NCBI GenBank assembly: GCA_937894955.1
Contig: CALAXO010000144.1
Span: forward strand, 1-39,077
Direction of reading: 5' to 3'
Length of the DNA: 39,077 nt
Source: an uncultured Clostridia bacterium
Lineage (GTDB): Bacteria; Bacillota; Clostridia; Christensenellales; CAG-138
Shown here: positions 16,490-25,172 of the stretch, in pieces
Layout of the letters: each line of letters opens with the position of its first letter
Position numbering within the stretch: position 1 is the first letter of the stretch
Position numbers and translations under genes: made by a program
The notes under the pieces: generated by a model
What the model saw: the letters and a program-made list of their open reading frames with translations, nothing else
What the model was told of the DNA's origin: nothing
Databases searched by the model: none

Positions 16490-18142
16490 CTAAACTTCGG
16501 TGATTTCAACCCCGAAAAGCTCAGTCGGAACGTCCTTTTTTACAGCGACGCTTCCATCTTTGAGCACAAGCTCTACGCCGTGCGGCGCAATGCTCTCGCC
16601 CGCCGCGCGGCGGAGTTTTGCTTTCACCTCGGGTGTGTTTGCATAATTATAATTGGAACGCTTTGATTTGTCAAAGCAAATAAAAAGATTTTCGTTTTCA
16701 AGCCAATGCGCTGCCGCAAGCTGAATCTGAATGCCGAGCATCATATCCGTTTTCATCAGTGCCGCCATGAATGCGCGGAACAATTCCTCCGCTTCGGGCG
16801 TTGCGGCGGGCACTTCGAAACTGTCGGAAACAACGGGCGGCGTCGGAAGCTTGGGTTTGGCTGCTGCTTTTTCATTTTTTGAAGCTGCGGAACCCGTTTC
16901 TTTATTGTCCGGACCGCTGCCCGAACTTTGGGATGAATCGGAGGCTGTTTTTGGTTCGGCGGAAACAAAAGCGCCGCTTTTAAGCCTGCGTTCAAGCTCC
17001 TCCATACGGTCAACAAGGGCAGTCATTTCGGTTTGTTCATCCGGGTGACAGACTTTAAGAAGCGTGCTTTCAAGCAAAACCCGCGGCATGGTGACCCAGC
17101 GAAGGTTCGGCTGAAGCTGCATCAGAGCATCAAGCGTTCTTTCGAGCCGCGCCTTGCCGGCTGATTCCGCCTGCGCAAGGTAGCGTTCCATCGTGTCCTG
17201 TGTGCAGTCAAGAATATCCGCACAGCTTCCGCAAACTTTTGCAAGCAGGAGCGAGCGAAAATGGTTGGACAGATCCTGAACGAAAACGCCGATGTCGCGC
17301 CCGCCGGAGACAACCTGTTCGATGTTTTTCATGACCGCCGCCGTGTCGGAATGCAGCACGGAATCCGCAAAATCAAACAGAAAATCCGCATTCATGCTGC
17401 CGAGGACGGACAGAACATCCTGTTGAGTGATAAGTTTTTGCTCCGTGCCGTCCGCATCGCCGCAAAAGCTCAGACACTGGTCGGCAATGCTCAGGCAGTC
17501 GCGCATTCCGCCGTCCGCCGCACGCGCAATGCACATCAACGCTTCGTCTTCGATTTCCGCCCCTGCGGAATGAAGTACGCGCCGTGTGTTTGCCGCAAGA
17601 TTATGAACCGAAAGGCGGCGAAAATCAAAACGCTGGCAGCGGGAGAGTATCGTTGCAGGGAGCGCCTGCGGTTCGGTCGTTGCAAGAATGAAGACAACAT
17701 GTGCGGGCGGCTCTTCGAGAGTTTTCAGAAGGGCATTGTTTGCACTTTTTGAAAGCATGTGCGCTTCATCAATGATATAAACCTTTGTTTTAAGGTAAAT
17801 CGGAGCAAACTCGGCCTTTTCGAGGAGCGCGCGCATTTCATCAACCTTGGAATTTGAAGCGGCGTCCATTTCGATAATGTCTATGCTTTCCGAAACGTCC
17901 GTAAGACAGGCGGCGCATTTGCCGCAGGGCTCGCCGTCCTCCGGGTTGAGACAGTTGACGGCACGGGCAAGTATTCGCGCCGTGCTTGTTTTGCCCGTTC
18001 CGCGTGAACCGCTGAAAAGATAAGCGTGGGCAATGCGCCCGGTGCGGATTTGGCTGCGCAGAACATCGGTGATATGCTCCTGCCCGACAACTTCGCAGAA
18101 CCTGCTCGGACGGTACTGCCTGTATAATGCGTGGTAACTCAT
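16490..18142 (-). CDS. dnaX: DNA polymerase III subunit tau/gamma
   Basis: The start is the ATG at 18142 (MSYHALYRQYRPSRFCEVVGQEH). The sequence has the Walker A GSRGTGKTS, the Zn module CGKCAAC, the box IIDEAHML and the sensor SRCQRF. It is 550 aa long with a Lys/Pro/Ser-rich linker after about residue 400. Confidence 0.93.
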   Translation of the reverse strand: MSYHALYRQYRPSRFCEVVGQEHITDVLRSQIRTGRIAHAYLFSGSRGTGKTSTARILARAVNCLNPEDGEPCGKCAACLTDVSESIDIIEMDAASNSKVDEMRALLEKAEFAPIYLKTKVYIIDEAHMLSKSANNALLKTLEEPPAHVVFILATTEPQALPATILSRCQRFDFRRLSVHNLAANTRRVLHSAGAEIEDEALMCIARAADGGMRDCLSIADQCLSFCGDADGTEQKLITQQDVLSVLGSMNADFLFDFADSVLHSDTAAVMKNIEQVVSGGRDIGVFVQDLSNHFRSLLLAKVCGSCADILDCTQDTMERYLAQAESAGKARLERTLDALMQLQPNLRWVTMPRVLLESTLLKVCHPDEQTEMTALVDRMEELERRLKSGAFVSAEPKTASDSSQSSGSGPDNKETGSAASKNEKAAAKPKLPTPPVVSDSFEVPAATPEAEELFRAFMAALMKTDMMLGIQIQLAAAHWLENENLFICFDKSKRSNYNYANTPEVKAKLRRAAGESIAPHGVELVLKDGSVAVKKDVPTELFGVEITEV

Positions 18143-18247
18143 GCTGCACACCTCAATTGCTCGATTGCTCGGTCGGTACGATTTACAAAAAATCAGAAAC
18201 ACGCCCGAAACATTGTTCGCGAATTAATCGGTTTAATTCGCGTTTAT

Positions 18248-20221
18248 TCAGCTCAAATTTTGAATTTCATCAGCCCAAAGCCTTTGAACGGCGTCACTCG
18301 GCATTCGCCAATCCCCGCGCGGGGAAAGGCAAACGGAACCGACTTTCGGCCCGTCGGGCAGGCAGTTGCGCTTGAATTGCTGATTGAAGAAACGGCGATA
18401 GAAGTTTTTGAGCCATTTCAAAATCGTTTCATTCGAAAACTCACTTTCGCGGAATGCCTGCTTTGCAATGCGGAAAAGCTTTGCAGGCGGGCAGCCCCAA
18501 CGCAGCACGTAATAGAGGAAGAAATCATGCAGTTCGTACGGCCCGACAAGATCTTCTGTTTTTTGAGCAATATTGCCCTTTTCATCGGCGGGAAGAAGCT
18601 CCGGAGATATCGGGGTTTCAAGTATTGCGTTCAGGGTGTCGTGCAGCGCAGGGTTTTCGCAGTGCAGCGCATAATAACGCACAACGTACTTGATAAGCGT
18701 TTTGGGAATGCCTGCATTCACGCCGTACATGCTCATATGGTCGCCGTTATAGGTTGCCCAGCCGAGTGCAAGCTCGGAAAGGTCGCCCGTGCCGACAACA
18801 AGGCCGTTCAGCGCATTTGCAAGATCCATCAGCACAAGGGTGCGCATGCGCGCCTGTGCGTTTTCGTAAACAACGTTGTGACAGGTTTCGTCGTGCCCGA
18901 TGTCGCGGAAATGCGAACGCACAGAATCCGCAAGCGGAATCGTGTGAAGCGTTACGCCGAGGGAATTGCAAAGAACGACGGCATTTTGTTTTGTGTGCTC
19001 GGTGGTGCCGAAACAGGGCATGGTGACGGCGTGAACAAATTTGCGGTCAATGCCCATAAGGTCGCATGCCTTTGCCGCAGCAAGCAGCGCAAGTGTGGAA
19101 TCCAGGCCGCCGGAAATGCCGATGACCGCGCTCATTGAATGCGTGTGTTCAAGCCGGCGTTTGAGCCCGAGAGCCTGTATCGTCAGAATATCTTTTGCGC
19201 GTACGTTCAACTCGTTTTCGTCATGCGGAACAAAGGGATTGCGCGGGAAGCGGCGGGTAAGTTCCGTTTCGGGAAGATCCTCGCGCGGGGCGGGGCCGCA
19301 TGAGCCGAATCCGAGAGAGAAATCAACAAAAAGACCGGGATGGGCAGCATTGCCCGCGCAGAAGCTGTTCACGCGGCGCCTGTCGTAAAGCAGCCGTCCC
19401 AAATCGATTTCGGTGATAAGCATGTCGTTCGCATAGTCAAAAGGTGCTTTTTCGGCAAGCAGTGTGCCGTTTTCGTAAGCAAAGCAATGCCCCGAAAAGA
19501 CCATATCGCTTGTTGATTCACCTTCACCCGCGCCGCAATACAGGTATGCGCAAATGTTTTTTGCGGATTGAACTTCCGTGATGCGCTTTCGATAGTCCGC
19601 TTTGCCGATGATTTCATCTCCGGCGGAACAGTTAACGATTATGAGCGCGCCGGCAGCGGCAAGTTTATCCGACGGAGGGGAAGCAACCCAAAGATCTTCG
19701 CAGATTTCGACGCCGAAACGGAAATCGGGATAATCAGTGCATAAGAAGATGCAGCCGTCGGGATTGAAAAAAGTCTGCAATGAATCAATATAAGGCGCGG
19801 CGGAGCCGAGTTCCGTGCGGGACGGCACGGCAAAATGCCGCAGCTCATAGAATTCGCCGTAATTCGGCATGTGCGTTTTTGGAACGACAGCAAGAATCAC
19901 TCCGCGGGATATGACAACGGCGCAGTTGTAAAGCTTGTCCGCGCAGCGAATCGGCGCACCTATGACGGCAGCAAGCCGAAGGTTCGCAGTTTCGCGTGCA
20001 ATGCGGAGGAGCTCGGTTTCAACGCTGTCCAAAAGCAATTCGTGCATGAAAAGGTCGCCGCAGGTGTAGCCCGTCATTGCAAGCTCGGGAAATGCGGCAA
20101 GCCGAACCCCGTGTGCCGCGGCGCGGTGCAGCGCGGCAATTATCGCATCGGCGTTGGCTTTCGGGTCTGCAAGCACAACTTTCGGTGAACATGCAGCAAC
20201 TTTGATGAATCCGTCCTTCAT
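18248..20221 (-). CDS. nadE: Glutamine-dependent NAD+ synthetase (CN-hydrolase domain plus NAD synthase domain)
   Basis: A 657-aa ORF. The N-terminal nitrilase-like domain has FPELAMTGYTCGDLF, EICEDLW and NCSAG. The C-terminal PP-loop is GISGGLDSTLALL. Confidence 0.93.
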   Translation of the reverse strand: MKDGFIKVAACSPKVVLADPKANADAIIAALHRAAAHGVRLAAFPELAMTGYTCGDLFMHELLLDSVETELLRIARETANLRLAAVIGAPIRCADKLYNCAVVISRGVILAVVPKTHMPNYGEFYELRHFAVPSRTELGSAAPYIDSLQTFFNPDGCIFLCTDYPDFRFGVEICEDLWVASPPSDKLAAAGALIIVNCSAGDEIIGKADYRKRITEVQSAKNICAYLYCGAGEGESTSDMVFSGHCFAYENGTLLAEKAPFDYANDMLITEIDLGRLLYDRRRVNSFCAGNAAHPGLFVDFSLGFGSCGPAPREDLPETELTRRFPRNPFVPHDENELNVRAKDILTIQALGLKRRLEHTHSMSAVIGISGGLDSTLALLAAAKACDLMGIDRKFVHAVTMPCFGTTEHTKQNAVVLCNSLGVTLHTIPLADSVRSHFRDIGHDETCHNVVYENAQARMRTLVLMDLANALNGLVVGTGDLSELALGWATYNGDHMSMYGVNAGIPKTLIKYVVRYYALHCENPALHDTLNAILETPISPELLPADEKGNIAQKTEDLVGPYELHDFFLYYVLRWGCPPAKLFRIAKQAFRESEFSNETILKWLKNFYRRFFNQQFKRNCLPDGPKVGSVCLSPRGDWRMPSDAVQRLWADEIQNLS

Positions 20222-20479
20222 ATTTTTTTTCTGCCCGCCCGCACCGGTTCGGCATCGGGGAGCAGCCTTTCGATTTTTATAAATTTTATAACTGTTTTTA
20301 AGCGTTTTGCGGGTTTTTCGCCCGCGAGAACATCACACGGCAGTTCCCTGCGGGCAGATATAGCTCCGCGAACCGCTGCATCCGTCCCGCAAACGTCGGA
20401 AAGTTTTGCGGACCCGAAAAGTCGGCTTGGTGAACAGTTTGTGCAGCTTTGCGGAAAATAAAACTCTTCCACCAAATAC

Positions 20480-20488
20480 ATTATAGCA
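20480..20488 (-). promoter_or_regulatory. Extended -10 element (TGcTATAAT) that could drive nadE through a ~258-nt leader
   Basis: The minus strand reads TGCTATAAT (plus 20488-20480). I saw no good -35 hexamer, so confidence is low. Confidence 0.3.
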
Positions 20489-20627
20489 CATTAGGGCCGA
20501 AATGATAGCCCCTTTTTAGGGAATATTCTGATTTTTCAGCTTTATGCGCACAAAACGCGGACTCGGGGAGTCTCGGGAAAAAAGGAGATAAAAGTTTTGC
20601 TTTTTAAAACGAAAGACGGAAAAGCTC

Positions 20628-20671
20628 AAAAAAGTCCGCCTTCGGGAAGGATCCTTTCCCAAAGACGGAAC
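20628..20671 (-). terminator. Rho-independent terminator of the HtrA-like protease gene
   Basis: The minus strand reads UUCCGUCUUUGGGAA-AGGAUCC-UUCCCGAAGGCGGA, a ~14-bp stem with G-U pairs (20634-20671), followed by UUUUUU (A run 20628-20633 on +). Confidence 0.65.
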
Positions 20672-20772
20672 AGTTTATCTGAAAACCTGCACAAAGCGGG
20701 TTGTTTCGATATCGCCCCCGTTTTAATGTGCGGCGGTGCGTTTGTGTTGTTCAAGCATAATCAGCGGCTGCA

Positions 20773-21960
20773 TTATTCGGCAGCTTTTACCGTGCTGCGC
20801 TGGCCGAGAGTTACGGAAACATCGATTTGTGAATTGCTGCGCAGAATGGTGAGTGTTACGGTGTCGCCGACTTTGAACTTGCTGACGGCGATATAGAGTT
20901 CGTCGGAGCTTGAAACCGTGTCGCCGTTGACAGCCATGATAACATCATCCTTTTTCAGTCCTGCCTGCTGAGCCGCACTGCCGTCTTCAACGGATACAAT
21001 GCAGGGGTAGGTGTAAGCACTGGTGAAGAATCCGTAACCGGAGAGGGAAACATCCTGAGTGGAGACACCGAGATAGGGACGGCCGACAACAAAGCCGTAG
21101 TCCATAAGGTTGCCGATAACTTCACGGGCAAGCGTGGAGGGGATTGCAAAGCCAAGGCCTTCAATACCGCTGCCGCTGCTCTTTGCATTCACAATGCCGA
21201 TGAGAGTGCCGTCCGATTCACGGAACAGTCCGCCGCCGGAGTTGCCCTGGTTGATTGCGGCATCGGTTTGGAGCAGGGTCATGGTTAAGTTGTCAATGGT
21301 AATGCTCCTGTCAAGGCCGCTGATGGAACCGCGTGTGTATGTGTTGGAAAGCTGGCCGAGTGCGTTGCCGATTGCAAACACGTCTTCACCGACGCTGAGC
21401 GTTGAGGAATCGCCGAATTTGGCGTAAGTGAGATTGTAGGCATTGATTTTGATAACCGCAAGGTCGGTCACGCTGTCGGTGCCGACAAGGGCTGCTTCGT
21501 AGTCATTGCCGTTGTCAAGGTAGACGAAAATTTTCTGTGCGCCTTCAACAACATGGTTGCAGGTTACGATATAGCCGTCTGCCGAAATGATGACACCGGA
21601 GCCCGAACCTGCAAGCACGCTTTTGTGCCCGCTTTGTGCCGTGACGTCGATGCTGACAACGGAGGACATGCAGTTTTCGATGGTTTTGTATTCCGAATCG
21701 GTTTGCGTCGAACTGTCGGCGAAAGAAATCTTGTCCGAAGGAAGGCTGCCGGTCTTGTCGCCTGATGAACCGACGGTGCCGTTTGAGCCGGAAGGTGCCG
21801 ATGTTGCTTCAACGAGAGCGTTCTTTTCGGTTTGTGAGGCAGAAAGCGAATTGTTGATAAACTTGGCGCCGGCAACGATACCGACGGTCAAAAGGGCAAC
21901 GATGAGAAGGCACGCAACAGCTGCGCCGATGGGCATCCTGATTTTTCTTTTTTCTTCCAT
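20773..21960 (-). CDS. HtrA/DegP-family S1C serine protease with an N-terminal membrane anchor and a C-terminal PDZ domain
   Basis: The start is the ATG at 21960 behind AAAGGAG (MEEKRKIRMPIGAAVACLLIVALLTVGIVAG). The catalytic motifs are TCNHVV (His), DLAVIK (Asp) and GNSGGGLF (Ser). The PDZ-like region is AAQQAGLKKDDVIMAVNGDTV. Confidence 0.88.
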   Translation of the reverse strand: MEEKRKIRMPIGAAVACLLIVALLTVGIVAGAKFINNSLSASQTEKNALVEATSAPSGSNGTVGSSGDKTGSLPSDKISFADSSTQTDSEYKTIENCMSSVVSIDVTAQSGHKSVLAGSGSGVIISADGYIVTCNHVVEGAQKIFVYLDNGNDYEAALVGTDSVTDLAVIKINAYNLTYAKFGDSSTLSVGEDVFAIGNALGQLSNTYTRGSISGLDRSITIDNLTMTLLQTDAAINQGNSGGGLFRESDGTLIGIVNAKSSGSGIEGLGFAIPSTLAREVIGNLMDYGFVVGRPYLGVSTQDVSLSGYGFFTSAYTYPCIVSVEDGSAAQQAGLKKDDVIMAVNGDTVSSSDELYIAVSKFKVGDTVTLTILRSNSQIDVSVTLGQRSTVKAAE

Positions 21961-22126
21961 GATGTTACACTCCTTTAAATAATGATGATAGTTTCTGTGA
22001 AAAGAGCTCGGAGTAAACATTGTTCATGCTGCTCCGCGGGTAAAACCCTTTGAACAGTCCGCCGCCGCATCCCTGTCGGAGCACCCTTGCGGGGCTGTCC
22101 GCCGACCCGATTCTTTTCATGCTCCT

Positions 22127-22135
22127 ATTATAACA
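22127..22135 (-). promoter_or_regulatory. Extended -10 promoter candidate for the HtrA-like gene
   Basis: The minus strand reads TGtTATAAT (plus 22135-22127) with no clear -35. It would give a ~165-nt GC-rich leader. Confidence 0.3.
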
Positions 22136-22288
22136 CGCGAATGCGGCAATTTTGGTTGCCTATTGGTGTATATTGTCTGACAGAATATGTACCGATTTTG
22201 TCATTCACCGCAAATATGCCGCTGATTGACTTAAAAAAGAATATTGTGGCAAAGTGCGCATCTCGATATGTCAAATTAAAAAAAGTAC

Positions 22289-22317
22289 TTGAAACTTTGC
22301 TTAAAAGGCAATATAAT
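22289..22317 (+). promoter_or_regulatory. Sigma-70-type promoter candidate for the response-regulator / kinase operon
   Basis: TTGAAA (22289-22294), a 17-nt spacer, then TATAAT (22312-22317). Confidence 0.55.
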
Positions 22318-22598
22318 ATAAATGCACCAACCAACAAAGGAGCGTACAAAGTACTATGTCAGTCAAACAGCAGATACTGATTTGCGATGATCAGCATATC
22401 ATTCACGAAACACTCGGCGTCTACCTCAGAAACGAGGGGTTCGAGTGCATTTCGGCATTTGACGGCGAACAGGCGATTGAAGAATTCAACCGCAAAAAGC
22501 CGAACCTTGTTATTCTTGATCTCATGATGCCCAAAAAAAGCGGAATGGACGTTTGCCGCGAGATTCGCCAGAACAGCAGTGTTCCGATTATAATGCTG

Positions 22599-22632
22599 AC
22601 GGCGAAATCCGAGGAGATCGACCGCGTGCTCG
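22599..22632 (+). repeat. 34-nt exact repeat, source copy (native EEIDRVL-coding segment)
   Basis: acggcgaaatccgaggagatcgaccgcgtgctcg at 22599-22632 is identical to 22804-22837. Confidence 0.9.
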
Positions 22633-22803
22633 GGCTTGAGCTCGGTGCGGACGATTACATTGTAAAGCCCTTCAGCGCGCGTGAAGTTGTTGCAAGGGTC
22701 AAGGCCGTTCTGCGCAGGTATTCAATGCAGGAAACGGAACCCGCAAAGATTCTGCATTACGGAAACCTTGAAATCAATATAAATAACTACGACGTAAGGC
22801 TGA

Positions 22804-22837
22804 ACGGCGAAATCCGAGGAGATCGACCGCGTGCTCG
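22804..22837 (+). repeat. 34-nt exact repeat, ectopic copy inside the response-regulator insertion
   Basis: Identical to 22599-22632. It is flanked by the 20-nt tandem duplication cgtaaggctgaacggcgaaa (22793-22812 and 22836-22855). Confidence 0.9.
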
Positions 22838-23240
22838 TAAGGCTGAACGGCGAAAGACTGCCGCTTACCCCTAAAGAAGTCGAGATCCTTCAGCTGCTTG
22901 CCTCACATCCCGGAAAGGTTTTTTCACGCGAAAAGATCCTTTCAATTGTCTGGGGCTATGAATACTACGGCGATACGCGCGCCGTTGACACTCAGATTAA
23001 GCGCATTCGCCAGAAGCTGCAGTCTGCGGACGATTGCGGATGGGAGATAAAAACCGTTTACGGTGTCGGCTACAGGTTTGAGGCATACGGTGATCCCGAT
23101 GACAGACAGGACAGCGAGGAACGCAAAAAACTGCCCGAAACGCCGAAGGCATACGATTTTGTTGAAGAAAAGCCGACGGAATGAAACGAACAGATTTTGC
23201 CCTTTTGAACCGTTTTAGCAAAAATGAAAATGAACTTCAG

Positions 23241-23290
23241 GGCGAACCCGAAAGGCTGAAACGCTGCGGGTTCGCCTGCTGATGTTTTTT
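23241..23290 (+). terminator. Strong hairpin plus T6 between the response-regulator and kinase genes (possible internal terminator or attenuator)
   Basis: ggcgaacccg (23241-23250) pairs perfectly with cgggttcgcc (23267-23276) around a 16-nt loop. TTTTTT lies at 23285-23290, 8 nt after the stem. Confidence 0.4.
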
Positions 23291-23341
23291 CCGAAATGCG
23301 TGTGCGGCGGGTTTTCGCACGGCCCCGCAGAAAACAGAGAT

Positions 23342-25147
23342 ATGAAAAGATCAAGCCTGTTCAGAATAATTCTTTATATTGTGTGCGCAATCACGGTGCT
23401 GCTCGTGATACTTGTTGCGTGCCTTTTTTCCGTTGTCGGGCATGAAATGTACGCCGGAATGAAAATTGACGAACTGAAGCCGAAAGCGCAGTCAATATCT
23501 CAGCGCGTGACAAAGCTGTATGAATCAAACACGGACAAACGCACGCTTGCGAGGATGCTGCATCTCGGCGAATTTTCCGCATCGGATGCAACAATTTACA
23601 TAATCGAACCGAACGGTGCGGTTGTTACAACGGCAGAACAGGATGAGTACGACCAAAGCGTTGAAACCGTCCGCCGCTGCTTTCAAACGGTCATTCAGGG
23701 GGAAGAAATTGCTCTTCCGTCAACCGATATAGGGATTGTTGTCGGCACGCCGGTGTATTCCGATTCGGGTGATATAATCGGTTCTGTGATACTTGTTGTC
23801 GGTTCAAAACAGGCTGAAAGCACGCTTGCAAAGCTTGCGGCGGAACTCGGCCTTGCAATGTTCGGCATTGCACTTTTGATGCTTATTCCGATAGTTATCA
23901 TATTCAGCAAGGTAACAAAGCCCATTCGGCACGTTTCAAACGTTGCGCTGCAAATGGCGGGGGGAGACTTGACCGTTCCCGCCAAGGGAAAGGGGAGCAA
24001 CGAATCGCGTCACCTTGCGCAATCGTTCAATATTCTTGCAGAAGCTCTTCAAAACAATATCGACAGCCTTGTTGTTGAGCGCAACAGGCTGCGCACCGTG
24101 CTTGACGGCATCGGCGAGGGCATTATTTCCGTTGATAAAACGGGCGTTGTCACGCATTACAACTCCGCTTCCGTGCAGCTTTTGGGCGGAAAGAAAAACA
24201 CCCACCCCGCAGCGGCGGCCGGTTATCCGAAAATTGCTGCCGTGGCGATAGAAGCTCTTGACACGGACGAAGTGCGCAACTGTGATTTCACAATCGGCGA
24301 AAGGGTGCTCCGCATTGCGGCAACCCCGATTCACGAGGAGAACGGTTCGCTTTTCGGTGCGGTTGTGCTGATAACGGACGTTACCGAAAGCGAGAGGCTT
24401 GAACAGACTCGAAAGGACTATGTTGCAAACGTCAGCCATGAGCTGCGCACGCCGCTTGCATCCATTCGAAGCCTTGCGGACGCGCTTAACGACGGAATGG
24501 TGCAGGATGAAAAAGACAGAAAACGTTACTACGGCTATATCCTGCGCGAATCGATACGCCTTTCAAACCTTATCAACGACCTGCTTGAACTTTCAAGGCT
24601 TCAGAGCGGCGGCGTTGCGTTCTCAAAGGGACGGGTTGAACTTTATGAAATTGCATACGATGTTGCGGACAGGATGAACGATGCGGCGGCACAGCGCGGC
24701 AAAAGCGTGCGGCTTGAAGCTCCTGAGGGCGAATATTATGCATACACAAATGCCGACCGCATTGAGCAGGTGCTCATAGCATTGGTTGACAATGCGATAA
24801 AACACGGCACGGACGGCTGCACTGTCAGCGTGAACCTGTTTGAAAATGCGGAAAAGAATCGCTACGAGTTTGTTGTCAGCAATCCCGCGGAAGTCGATCC
24901 TGCCGATCTTGAACACCTGTTTGAACGATTCTACAAGGCGGATCATGCTCACACGGGCGACGGCACCGGACTCGGCCTGGCGATAGTTTCCGAGGTGCTT
25001 AACCTTTTGGGCGAAAAAATCGATATCGAGTACGAAAACGGAATCATCGCGTTTCGTTTCACGGCCGAAAAATGCAGCACGCCGAAAAAACACCGCGCCT
25101 TGCAGAAGGCGGAGAATAAAAATGAGGACGGGGAACCGACGGCCTGA
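23342..25147 (+). CDS. Sensor histidine kinase (2 TM + HAMP + PAS + HisKA + HATPase_c)
   Basis: The start is the ATG at 23342 (MKRSSLFRIILYIVCAITVLLVILVACLF). A second TM is LGLAMFGIALLMLIPIVIIF. The H-box is VANVSHELRTPL, the N-box is LVDNAIKHG, and the G-boxes are DGTGLGLAIV. Confidence 0.9.
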   Translation: MKRSSLFRIILYIVCAITVLLVILVACLFSVVGHEMYAGMKIDELKPKAQSISQRVTKLYESNTDKRTLARMLHLGEFSASDATIYIIEPNGAVVTTAEQDEYDQSVETVRRCFQTVIQGEEIALPSTDIGIVVGTPVYSDSGDIIGSVILVVGSKQAESTLAKLAAELGLAMFGIALLMLIPIVIIFSKVTKPIRHVSNVALQMAGGDLTVPAKGKGSNESRHLAQSFNILAEALQNNIDSLVVERNRLRTVLDGIGEGIISVDKTGVVTHYNSASVQLLGGKKNTHPAAAAGYPKIAAVAIEALDTDEVRNCDFTIGERVLRIAATPIHEENGSLFGAVVLITDVTESERLEQTRKDYVANVSHELRTPLASIRSLADALNDGMVQDEKDRKRYYGYILRESIRLSNLINDLLELSRLQSGGVAFSKGRVELYEIAYDVADRMNDAAAQRGKSVRLEAPEGEYYAYTNADRIEQVLIALVDNAIKHGTDGCTVSVNLFENAEKNRYEFVVSNPAEVDPADLEHLFERFYKADHAHTGDGTGLGLAIVSEVLNLLGEKIDIEYENGIIAFRFTAEKCSTPKKHRALQKAENKNEDGEPTA

Positions 25148-25172
25148 GGCGGAGGGGTCGGAACGAAATGAA

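Larger units (their letters stand above)
22356..23184 (+). pseudogene. OmpR/PhoB-family response regulator, frameshifted by a 43-bp composite insertion (22813-22855)
   Basis: The receiver domain (ORF 22356-22874, ILICDDQ...VILDLMMPKKSG...LTAKSEEIDRVLGLELGADDYIVKPF) and the winged-helix domain (ORF 22831-23184, LTPKEVEILQLLASHPGKVFSREKIL...TVYGVGYRF) are in different frames. Deleting 43 nt restores ...NNYDVRLNGERLPLTPKEVEIL... and a 261-aa protein (786 nt). Confidence 0.85.

Noticed and set aside
15722-16666. A 314-codon plus-strand ORF antisense to hisS and the dnaX 3' end. Similar long antisense ORFs occur at 18131-19138 (nadE), 10553-11281 and 11768-12682 (metG), 14042-14764 (spoIVA), 24623-25381, 25260-25982, 30895-31839 and 32961-33680 (dnaE), 36606-37502 and 37747-38427.
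   Set aside because: Every one lies opposite a gene with strong family signatures and has a low-complexity, Arg-rich translation. Their abundance reflects codon bias, not overlapping genes.
20597-20896. A 99-codon plus-strand ORF downstream of the protease gene
   Set aside because: It runs through the minus-strand terminator hairpin and into the antisense of the protease 3' end. It starts at a TTG with no supporting features other than a nearby GGAG.
22831-23184. A standalone 117-aa winged-helix ORF starting at the GTG at 22831
   Set aside because: Its first residues are encoded by the duplicated segment of the 43-bp insertion. It is the displaced C-terminal half of the response regulator, not an independent gene.
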